From the NCBI GenBank assembly GCA_051362555.1, contig CM120640.1, positions 7,874,001-7,938,000 of the forward strand: a DNA stretch of 64,000 bases, in the 5' to 3' direction. Both the position numbers and the translations under genes were made by a program. The DNA is from Lingula anatina. Taxonomy: Eukaryota; Animalia; Brachiopoda. This document shows, in pieces, positions 1 through 11,600 of the stretch. Position 1 is the first letter of the stretch; each line of letters opens with the position of its first letter. The notes below the pieces were generated by a model, which worked only from the letters and a program-made list of their open reading frames with translations, was not told the origin of the DNA and searched no databases.

Positions 1-23
1 TGACAGAAAACGTTTCATTTTAG

Positions 24-2103
24 ATGCCCATTAACATAGACGAACGCCTTCAAGTCATGCGCGGAGACTACTTTGGCTTTACGTGGCCCAATGGGAATGC
101 CATACCGTACACAATGACTGGAAGTGAAAACGTGTGTGGCCTCTCGGGAACAGCGCCAGCTGTAGGAAACACGTATTCTTTAACTTGTGATTTTGGTACA
201 AGAAAATATCCTCTCCGCGCAATTTGGAGGCCATTTGGTGGTAAGTATATATCTCCTGACCTGTTCAAATCAACTAATTATCTAACTAATTAGGAAAAAA
301 GATTGATATACTGTCAGCAATACAGAGGTATATCTTTTAAGAATACGATGAGCTGGAACATTGACGAAGTTAAATTGTTGAATTTAGTATACCGCATCGA
401 ATAAATATAGAATAAAACCACTCGAATAAATATCAAATAAAACTACTTTCTAAAAGCAACGGCCTCTATAGAGGAAAGGGTGTACTTTATAACTTGTACA
501 CTGTAGCGAGAATGCCTAAAAATATCAACAATGTTTAATTACATAACAATGAAATTAAATATAATTTCCATCTGCTATTAAGTTTTAACTATGCAACTAG
601 TAACCAGATGTGAAAAAAAAAAAATCGAAAGTAGCTTGTGCATACGCTTTAATGGAAAAACATAACTGTTCTCTCTCTACAGGTGACTTTAGCACCACCC
701 AGCCTGTGTGCGATGGCGATACCGTCTCCATTACCTGTCCAGAGGGAACATGGATTCAAGTTAAAGACTCGTTCTACGGGAAAACAGACCCAAGAATCTG
801 TGTTGGCGGTAACGCCAATAGCACAACATGTGAGGACCCAGACTCTCTGGCATATGTTCAAGGCTACTGCGAGGGCAAACCGACCTGTTCCGTGCCTGTG
901 GCCTCCAATGTCGACCCCTGTCTGTACGTCCGGAAGTACCTTACAGTCACTTACAGATGCATAAGTAGGTTCAAAGTATAGAGAGGGAGGCATTAGCTTA
1001 CAGGCGTCATGTAATGGGTTTTGGTAGCGTTTTCCTAACGTTTACGTATTATCAACGACGTCGTATTTCGGCGTTTAATTTATCTGTCTAGATAAACTTT
1101 TAAAATTCGAATAATTGTTCCATAAAAAGTGTTAAGTGGGATAATCGTGAATTTACGTACGTTTTGATCACCATGCAATCACTGGACATTGTAAAATTAA
1201 CGAACAACTAGTTCTGCGACAAAATTTTGACGCTGCGTTAAAAATAAAAGAAATAGCACGTATACAGCGTGTTCCGTTCATGTGCTTTTAAAGATGAGGA
1301 CCGGGCACTGGGAATGCAAAGTGGTGCCATTTCCGATAGCTCAATCACTGCCAGTAGCACCAGTGCAGCATGTGACCCAGTCTGGGGTAGACTACATCAC
1401 AACCCTGGCGGAGGGGAGGCGTGGTGTGCACAGTCTAATACTGCCAACGAATACATTCAGGTCGACCTTGGCACAACACGCATGGTTACAAGGATTGACA
1501 CTTTGGTAATTTCTCTTACTGTCATATATATAACTATATATATCTTTTCGATATATCCTTTTTTATTTTATCATTATTATTTGTCGTTATATGAATTTGT
1601 CGTGTCAGTAAAAGCATTGATTCACCAAGTGAAAAAGAATGTGTTCTTACAACATGTAGCCTATTTGTACAGGGGATTTCCGAGTTTAGAAAATGATATA
1701 GAGTTAGTCAGTAAGTACTAAAAAAGTGGATGATGGAAAATACACAAAAAGTTAATGAGTGGTTCTTTAAATTAAATGCGTATAGTCTGTCTTTGTTATA
1801 TTCATATTTGCTGTAACCGTGCTAATTACATAAGAAAGTTATGAAAGAATGTTTCCACCACTGATTTGGTCAAAAAGCATACATGCATTAATGATGTCAC
1901 ACTTGTATTTCTATAACAGGGACGAAGCAATACGGAATACGTGACAGGATACAACGTGAACATATCAGAGGATGGAAGCAGCTTTACCTGTGTGATGTCA
2001 CAATTAGGCACATGTCAGGTTGGATTGATGTCTTATTCTTTTTCCCACTAGTTATCTTAAATTTTCGCAGGCATTTCTGTTTTTTTCGTGTTGTTGTGGT
2101 TGC

Positions 2104-2145
<42 letters not shown>

Positions 2146-5100
2146 TATTATTATTATTATTATTATTATGCAAAATATAAAGCTGTCTTCATCATGTCTA
2201 ATATAAAGTCTGTTGAAATATATAATTTCGTTAGAATTTTACATTTGAACTACAGAATTCAAATATGAATACGGCAATCGAAATACTAAAAATAGGGCTT
2301 GGCATTAGACGGAAACCTCATTATTCCAAACTAAATAAGTAAATGCATTTGAAGAAATATATTATTTGCCATAAACCAAGGAACTACGATTCTTATTAAT
2401 CCTCACCTTGTATGTTTTTTATCAGGAGTTTAACGGCAGTGCTGACGGTGTCACCGTTCAGAGTGCGTGGTTGTGGTCTGCAGTACCAGCACGTTACGTA
2501 CGCCTGGTAGCTACTCAGTGGGTAGGCGCTGTGGCAATGCAGTTCGAGGTGTATGGCTACAATGAGGGTAAGATATACTAGCGAAAAACTAGTTCGGCGA
2601 CCAAATTTTACGCTGCGTTAAAAATAAAAGAAATAGCATGAATGCAGTGTGTTTCGATTTGTTTTTAAGGATGAGGCCTGGGCACTTGGAATGCAAGGTG
2701 GTGCTATCTCAGACAGCACAAAAACTGCCTTTAGAGGTCAATAAAGGTCATTAGAATAAAAGTGAAACCAAAAGAATATGATTATAATAATAATTATATA
2801 TATATAAGGGGGAGACGTGATTGGGGCCCTTGATCGCCCTTTAGAAACTATCCAGCATTTGCTTATAAATATCTCCTCCCCATCTTTCCCCCAGGACTGC
2901 CTTTACAAAAGCCACCTGTATAGATACCTTAAAACAAATATCACTTTCACATAGCTTATTGTGTGAAACTCAAGAAAGCATGATTACCGCAGTGGTGAAC
3001 ATTCTTTAAAGCCATTTTAAAGTACACGTAGCCCCGTAAGCAAACTGACATATTTTATCATCTGACAGGATTGCCTCTTTCTACTGGGACGTATCCATTG
3101 GGCGTTGCCTCTGGGGCTATACCGGATGCGGCACTGTCGGATAATGGTAATTCACACGGTTGCTGCCCACCGGAGCATGGTCGGTTACACTTTGAGACAC
3201 CTGGTGGTGGGAATGCATGGGTACCCACGGCTTCTACTAATAACTACCTTCAGATCGATCTGTCACAGTTTTATATCGTTACTGGAGTAGCTACACAGGT
3301 AAAACGAAAGTGAAACACGCGAAGATATGTGCTCATGATTTTTTTTATATACTAAGCCCTACATAATGACTTGCACTTGGCACTCTATGTTGACGTCGCT
3401 GAAAGGATTACATTTCTGAATTCTATATACGAGCGAGAGAGAGAGAGAGAGCACCCTGTTTCAAAGTAACACTGGACTGTCACAATGTACCATAACCGTC
3501 ATTGCTAACGTAATGGATGCGGTGCACTAATACAGATGTGAGACGACATTAAAACTCAGTTGTTTTATTACAATAGAAGGACATTGCAGTTGTCGTTGTT
3601 CTGAACATGCAGTGATATTTCAGCAATAAAACCGTGTTCAAAGACCTACCGTAACAGCAAAAATCCCATGTAATATTGTGACGTATTTTTATTTTATCAT
3701 CCGGCCGTGAAATATATAATTTATTCTCCATTGCAGGGAAGGTCTTCGGATAATGTATACAATTCCGACCAGTGGACAATAAAATTTAAACTGTACCACA
3801 CACAAACTTACCTATACTGGCATTGCTATGACAGATTTTCTGGATGCAAGGCAAGTTTTTGATTCCCGATGCTATAATGTTACTATATCTCGTGCAGTTG
3901 ACCACGTTCTGTTTTAATTTAATGTTACTTATATTAGGTCTTCATAAGATTAAAGGTACAGGAGGATTACTGTTGACCTGAAGTTTATCCTTGAAAGAGT
4001 TTTTGATCGACTGATTTCCTTTCGGGTCACAAATTAGTCTCGAATTTGTCGCCATTCCTGATGTGGGATTTCGATGATTTTTACATGCGACATTGTTTAA
4101 TATTTCATGTTTAGAAGAGTAGTTTGACGATATAATGCTGAGATAAGGCAAAGATAAAGCCGGAAATTAAAATCCCTCTTCGCCGGCATACAGTAGTTTG
4201 TACACTTTTCCAAAGAGAATGTTAACTTTTTAAATTTGGATTTGGATTTGGATTTGAATAAAGAAAAGAAAGAAAAACTTCGTTTATGGGCTCTCAAACC
4301 CAATATAAATATTTTATGACCGACCACCACATAAAGTGCAAGGATATAGCCCATAAGCCTCACTTACCATAATAATATACATTTAGGAATCCCTTTGATC
4401 ATTCTTCTAAAGTTCTTTATGTACTGTTTCAGACATTTTCTAATGCTAACACGGACACTAATACTATTGTAAAGAACACCATTGCTCGTCCCTTTTTGGC
4501 CAAAGGGCTTCGTATATACACACACGCCTGGAACAGTGACTACCCGGCTGTGAGGATTGAAGTCTATGGGTATAGATCAGGTAAGGTCATTTTATCCCCG
4601 CGGCAAGAACGATTTTTATCTCAAAGAACGGATCGCAATTGGCAATTTTAACCCATCGTTATTGTGTTTATGTCACCACTTCAGTAGCTGAGCATGTGCA
4701 CCTGCCTATAAAATGTTTAAATTTGGTCTTAAGGACAAATTATTCTGCCTTGACTTTGTGACTAGTTTCCGTAAGTAACAATGGCTTCAGTGCTTCCATA
4801 TTGTGACTCCAGGTCTCCAATCATATCAGAATCTATCTGACACCAATTGCTCACCCATCAGCGTTACAAGCCAGTGGTTTGAAGGCAATCTGTTTTTGGC
4901 GTCAAACTGTCAAAGATACGACTATGGACTAAACTTTTGGAAATGGAGTTTTCCAAATAGCCGTTTTGAACAAGTCCAACACGTTGACGGAACGAGCAGC
5001 TACAGGTATTGCTGGGCAAATTAGGTGATGTTTGGAAGCAATAGAAAATAGATGGACAGGCAATGCGATTGCTTCTTCCGTGTTGTTGAATTATAAGAAA

Positions 5101-5730
5101 GTGCGTGACAGATTATAAGGATAAACAAGAGCAACATACTTAAAATTGATGATGGTCATTAGATATATTGATTCAACGTTGCGAAGATGAAATATTTCCT
5201 ACCATCTTTTATATTATACAATGGATATGTTAGTGAAAGGTGGTCTTATGATACAGTATTTTACCCACGCACACACAAAGGAAAAACTTTTAAAGTAGAA
5301 GTTCGGTAACAGAGTAATAAAATAAAACATTTCATTTTATTGCCAACTAGAAGGCCCACTGCAGGCCTTCTGGTATAGCAGGTATCGCCCTGCATGTTGA
5401 TAATAGAGTTTAAACATATTAAACGCAAATCACATTTATTTCAGACACTTCAACTATGGGAACTTCTTCAAAGCAGGAGGGAAACTATTCTATGCTCATC
5501 CAGTTGCATCAACTAGTTCGGGCGACTGGACGACAAACTCCCCTATTTACGTGTACAACAACGGACAGTTCGAGTTCCACGTGGGCATTTCGGGCAGTTC
5601 CGCAAGACAGATTACCCCCTTCAGGCAGGACAAAGAGCAGTTTCTCTTAATGAGTAATTTAAAGCATCCGTCATCCACTTCTAATCCTGAAAAATACACT
5701 TATAATAGCTATGTCTATAAGTGGACCTAA
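24..5730 (+). CDS. 5'-truncated multi-exon gene for a probably extracellular mosaic protein: unassigned domain + SUEL/Gal_Lectin domain + 2x F5/8 type C (discoidin) domains + 3 EAR/EPTP-like repeats
   Basis: Phase-consistent exons 24-240, 683-964, 1294-1505, 1920-2018, 2426-2567, 3069-3298, 3737-3850 (GC donor), 4433-4580, 4813-5005, 5445-5730 (stop TAA). SUEL motifs: CDGDTVSITCPEG, SFYGKTD..C, CEGKPTC, DPCLYVRKYLTVTYRC. F5/8C motifs: LGMQSGAISDSSITASS..AWCA..EYIQVDLG..ARYVRL..MQFEVYG and LGVASGAIPDAAL..YLQIDL..VTGVATQGR..VRIEVYG. C-terminal repeats end in FWKW, PIYVY and SYVYKW. The start lies upstream of the window. Confidence 0.8.
2105..2169. repeat. (AAT)n microsatellite switching to (ATT)n, forming a perfect inverted repeat
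   Basis: Directly visible intronic tract; it is the source of the spurious poly-Ile ORF 2012-2206. Confidence 0.95.
2587..2729 (+). pseudogene. Truncated duplicate (pseudo-exon) of the first F5/8C exon and its upstream intron
   Basis: aactagttcggcgaccaaattttacgctgcgttaaaaataaaagaaatagca...gatgaggcctgggcacttggaatgcaaggtggtgctatctcagacagc matches 1206-1352. It would encode DEAWALGMQGGAISDSTKTA versus DEDRALGMQSGAISDSSITA, then similarity stops. Confidence 0.8.
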
Positions 5731-6349
5731 AAAGACCTTCATCTACTATATATATATGTATTGTGTACCAAAGTAAAGTATACAATAATTTTGTTACAGA
5801 CAACTAGCGGATCCATTGGTCAGTGTACATCATGTACGTTATATCATCTCTATCTATCTATCAGTGGACCTATAAAGACATTCGCCATAGTTACTCTCTT
5901 TCTCTCTCTCTCCGTCACAATCGTCAGCATTTCCCCCTGCTCATGGCGTACACTTGTCAAAAAAACTTAGCATATAGTAAACTCTCTTTCAACTTTTCTC
6001 CATTTTGACATCTCTTTCATAAAGAGTAAGATATGAAGTGAAATCGCCTGAAATTGTATAAAAAGAATATATTTTTAGTACTGTGTACTTGCTTGTTTGT
6101 GAATAAAACGCATAAAAATAAGCCTTGCAATTAAACGTTTAGTCGCTGCAACTACGCGTTTGCTAATGTAACATATAATAGGACACATCCGGCATGTATA
6201 TAGAATATCTTTCCAAATGTTGGAGCAGCTGTGAGTTCCTGCAGAGTATTTGATGTTTCTCTGTTAGCTGACATTTATATCAGTGAGGGAAAAACGTGGT
6301 TGTATGACTATTACAATTTGAAGAATATCTTCCAATACGAGCTGAATAC

Positions 6350-6700
6350 TTTAAAATGTCGGAAGATTGCTTTTTAACAGAGGGATTTTCAAGGTCTTTT
6401 CATTAGTCATATATTTACATTTCATAATTTCAAATTAAAATTCGTACTCTGTAAAATGCTTGTCATGTGACGCTTTTTTCGAGATCAGGAGGTCAGATGT
6501 GGGAAAATGTGGAATACAATTGCAAGCCCTTAGGGACAACAGATTTTTTACCCCTAGGCTACACGAGCACCCGGTACTTCGCGACACGATTCTATCAACA
6601 TTCTGAGTCACACAATGACTTACTGGGGTAGATCTAGAATTTTAGTGAGGCGATTAGTTTTTGTCAATAAGATTGTTCATGGTTCCGGTGAATTGAATTT
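6350..6700 (+). promoter_or_regulatory. Possible HTATSF1 promoter or non-coding first exon region
   Basis: CpG-retaining stretch with ETS-like cores (cggaag ~6360, ttccgg ~6683) and gtcatgtgac (~6462). The first coding exon of HTATSF1 is preceded by an acceptor-like tract (ttccctttttacttgttaaag, ending 8639), which implies an upstream non-coding exon. The position is an inference. Confidence 0.3.
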
Positions 6701-8650
6701 TCTGATGTTTTAGTGATAGTAATAACTTAATTTGGAACAAAAATAATGGTAAAACAGCTACGCTAAGCTCTTGTCACAAGAGCATCACCAGGGTGAATGT
6801 CCACAGGTCGTTGGGTATTGGTAGACCTGTGAACGATTCTCACTCGGGGAAGTAATTGGTGGAATGATCTGGTTAGACATTGGGGGTGGGGGACCATGGG
6901 TGAACATTGTCTTAAAACAGGCCACTCTCTCTCCGGGTAAGAGAGCAATAATTAATTGGCTACATGTAGGCCTAGGAGGGAAGTCAAAGGAAACATCCAA
7001 AAACAGGCCCCCACATTGAACTGAATTTTTCTCTAAAGACGGCAAAGGGCGGCAAGATGAAATATATGCCATGTAGTAGGACAAGGACTAGACAGAATGT
7101 CAGATCATGCCAGATTTTGGGGGAAAATTGAGGAAATATTTTATGTATTTTTGTCATCCCTATATCTTTGTTCCCTATTCAGCCAGTGTTGGACGTTTAG
7201 TTAGGAGCCAACTTCTACTGCATATGCTTTGGGAGATACATTGTACATATCAGTTTGTCTGATTTGTATTTCCCATATTGCACGCAGCCGTGACCTAAAA
7301 TTTCTTTGCCTACCTCAAATGAACATACCAGTAACTGTGCTTTGGAAAATCCTACAATCAGAATTTAAACTGTGCATTCATGCCTAGTTTCTTTTCTTAT
7401 TATGTGGCAAATTTCAAGTTCTAATGGATTTATTTAGGGGGTGAAAATTAATTAGCAAAAATCATATGTGTAGCCTAGGATCCAAGATATACAGCTGTAG
7501 GTTCCATCTACGGATCCATTGTGTAGCAGAGTAATTTTGGAATTTTCATGCTGCAGATCCACTGACATACCTTTGAACCCTCACATGTAAAAAAGAGGCG
7601 ATATCTTTATCGAAAAAAAGAAAAAAACTAAACAGACAAAATTCCTGAATCAGCATCTTATGCAATGCACTAACAGCAAAGAAGTGTCAGCACGGCGACA
7701 ATTACGACAACTGGGTGATATCAACAATAGATACTAGTTTCATATCGACAACCGTTTACTGGTACTTAACCGATGAACCAACAACGCTCGCAGGTTTGTC
7801 GGAGAGCGACAAGGGAAAGGTAATTTTTATCTCACTTAGTAAATGCACACTGAAACGACAAACCCTCACAAATATACTACTAGGGAACCTTAATAATACG
7901 TTTAAAGGGCAAAATCTGCACTGTTTGGAAAATACCAATTATGAAGGCGTAAGAATCTGAATACCACGACGGTTTCAGTTAAACATGCATTATGAGGCGA
8001 ACTAAAGCTTGTGTCTGGTTGTAATTCATTCCTACGGTGTCGTATAATTTTATATTGGAGAGACGGTGGGAGTTGAATATCAGAGGGATGTTCAGAATGA
8101 GTTATGTGAAAATTTGCCGTTGAACATGAACAGCCACAGTGATCGAGATACAACCACGTCTATCATCATCTACAATCGTCAAATACTGATACTAAATAAA
8201 TAGTTACCTCAGTTTTTGGCTTAACATGTGGTGAGCATGAAAACCCTACAAACTGAGGGAACTACTACTGCCTCTGATTACCACAGTAAGGCTTAATGGC
8301 AGGCTTAGTAAAAACGAGAGGTTGAGAAAACCCCAGTAGCCTGTCAGATGCAATGTTACCCCCCCCCCCCCCAAAAAAAAAAAAAAAGACTAGAAAACAC
8401 AATGCGAAAAAGCTATGTGCACTCCTACCTGCATGGTAAGGCTATAAATTGAAGCAACAACTTTTGTATCAGCTACAGTATACATACCTTGAAAACTCAT
8501 AAAGTTGATAGTTGAAACCCCTCTTTCTGTGACAATTGAGACAAATCATTATCTATCAACAATTTTAGCAATTTTGCATTCATTATTGCCAATGTAGAGG
8601 AGTTACAAATAAATGCTTTCCCCTTTTTACTTGTTAAAGGCAATAATATA

Positions 8651-11600
8651 ATGGAAGATCCAGAAGAAATAGATTTTGATGAACAGTTACGCCAGGAAGA
8701 ATATGTCAAGAAAAAAGAAGAAGACTTTATAGCTAAAGAACAGACATACACAGACAAGGATGGCACTGTATTTGAATGGGATGAAGACAAGAAAGCTTGG
8801 TTTCCAAAAGTTAGTAAATTCACTATGTGAATTGTCCATATTTTGCTTCATATTATGGATGTCATGGATTTTGATGTTGATCTACCTGAGGAATTAAGGT
8901 GTAAATTACCATGTGATTATTGTTTGTTCATGGAAAATCATAATGATACAATGTGTCAGGAACTACAACCTGCAAACTGTAATACTTGACAAAACTTTGT
9001 TTTATTTTAGTTCATTTTGCCTCCTAATGAACCTTTTGTAGGCTGTTGGCTAATAAATAATTTGATTTACAGCAGGTTAGACATAAAATACACTGCTAAC
9101 CTTGTTTGCTCCAAGTTACAGACTTGAAATGCATTTGCAGTGTTTAAGAGATTTTTTATCTCTTGCAGATTGATGATGACTTCTTAGCACAGTACCAGAT
9201 GAACTATGGAGTTTCGTCAGACAAGGATGGTTCTTCTGATGCAACGAACGTGTCATCGGCTGAACCTAGTACTGCTCCATCATGGGACACTAAAAACCCA
9301 CCAGACCCTAATGACCCCAACTATCAGTACTGGTACTGGTACCATTATTATCCCACAGTGACCCAACAAGGGACATGTGGTGAATCAGGTGCTGAGCAAA
9401 AAACAAGAGATCCTGAAATTTCATTGAAGTCTGACACAAATGACCAAGCCCAAGTGGAGGAAAAGAAATCAGAACAAAAAAATGAAGCTGATGGTGCATC
9501 AGTAAACAGTCAAATTCCAGATCCCAGTGATCCCAATTATGCATATTGGTATTATTATTACTATGGACATCCGGGTCAGACAGAAGGGAAAACAAAAAAA
9601 TCTGCAAAAAGTGATGATAAGGATTGGGCAGATGCACACTCACGTCTGGACTATTATGATAATCACTTTGCTAACTACAGTGGTGCTCAAGGTGATGGAG
9701 AGAATAAGGACAGCACTGGAGATGACTCTGGCCAAGACAAGGGGAAGGGAAAGAAAGGGGAGAAGAGGAAAGCACCAGCTCATCATGAACCACCAAGTGA
9801 GTTATTTAAAACTGATTTGAATTTATAAGTAGTTATAGGGTCCATATCTACAGTTTTTATTTGAATATGATTATGAGTGTGAATTGCAAACACCTAATAA
9901 ATCAGGTATCAATCTTAGCTTCCTGTTCTTACCATATTTCAGCTTATTTTTTTATTCTTCCTAGATTTAATCATGTTTTTTCTTTTTTTTAACAGCCTGG
10001 TTTGAGGTGGACCAGAACCGTAATACCAATGTTTATGTGAGTGGCTTGCCTGCAAACATGGAGGAGACGGAATTTCAGGAACTGATGAGCAAATGTGGAA
10101 TGATAATGTATGACCACATAACGAGGAAGCCAAAAATTAAGTTATACCGCAATGAAGATGGGACCTTGAAAGGAGATGGTCGCTGCTGCTATATCAAAGT
10201 AAGTAAAATCACAATATCATTACACAGGTTCCAGGTTAAAGGGACTTTGGTTTATCATTTTGTTGTGGGATAGGGTAAGAAGTGTGTGCCCCTGGATCTG
10301 CTGATGTCATTATGTACTGTAGGCACACATCCAATAGTGCATTCTTTAGTTTTGCTGTTCATATTCATATTCAGAATAATATTTTTGGAGTAAGGAAATA
10401 AAGATACTCTCATTGTTTATCCTGAAACTTAATTTAATGGAAATTTAATGTATTTTACATAAAATTTATATTGTAATCATGTAAATCTAGCTGCCTAAAT
10501 CTAAATATCATTATTTGTTTCAAATACCACACTGGACTTTTCATTAAGAATTGGGGCATGGCCATATACTATTGAAAAATCTTCAGGTTGAATCTGTAGA
10601 CTTAGCACTGAAAATCCTGGATGGATCTTCATACAAGGACCATACAATACATGTAGAGAGAGCCCAGTTTCAGCTTAAAGGTGATTATGACCCATCCAAG
10701 AAAAAGAAGGTCAGCAACAAGATGAAACGGAAGATTAAAGAAAAACAGGAAAAGTATGTCATAATTTTTTTGTTTTTACCCACAGATATATTGATAAACA
10801 TTTTTGAGTTGATCTCTAGGTTTACAGTAAGTAAAATATCCATCTAGAGACCTTCTCCTGGTTGCGTTAGATGTGAAACTGCATATCTAGCAAAATTACA
10901 CACATTGAAATAGAATGTTTTGTGTGAGGTAATATGATATGTTGATCTTCTTACACCTCTGTGACAGGATGTTTGACTGGAGGCCTGATAAACCCCTGGG
11001 GACACGAGGCAAGCATGAAAAAGTGGTGGTCATCAAACATATGTTTGACCCTAAGGAATTTGAAGTAAGAAAAAAATATCATTGTGATGTCAGTTAGATT
11101 AAGCATTTATTGCAGTAAGAGGTGGGATTCACTTAAAATGCCTATAGCTTAAGCTTGTTTGAGGTAAATTATCACAGTGATACTTTTTAAAAGTTTAAAT
11201 GATACCTCTCATGCAGCACCAGCCAATGACTTTTGATGATGGAATTTAGTTTCTTTACTGAAAGGCTTTTGTAAGCTTGCCCGAAGGAGGATTTTAACTT
11301 TAGAAACAGTCCATAGTAATGTCAACAATGTGACTTCTAGCAGTAGGGTGTGCCAAAGCCCAGATCATGTTGTAAAGTCTGAAACAAGAGAAAGTGAACA
11401 TTTGCTCCTTCAAGGCAAGGTTTTGATTTCATCAATCTTTTTCTTCCTTAATAATGATTTTCTATGTACAAATTTTAGAAACTTTATGTTTAAGTGTACT
11501 TTCAGTTTTTTCCATCAGACAATTCTTTTTCAGAAATGAAATTTTGAGGTTATGGTTTGTTGACCTTTGATTCGTCTGCTCACTTGCTCTCTCTGGCATG

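Noticed and set aside
2012-2206. ORF with a poly-Ile run that looks like a membrane peptide
   Set aside because: It is the translation of an intronic (AAT)n/(ATT)n microsatellite.
5456-5650. Listed 64-aa ORF MGTSSKQEG...
   Set aside because: Wrong frame; the spliced exon 5445-5730 uses another frame that encodes EAR-like repeats.
6760-8350. Possible transposon fragments and ORFs between the lectin gene and HTATSF1
   Set aside because: The texture suggests repeats, but I could not define termini, TSDs or a credible coding frame.
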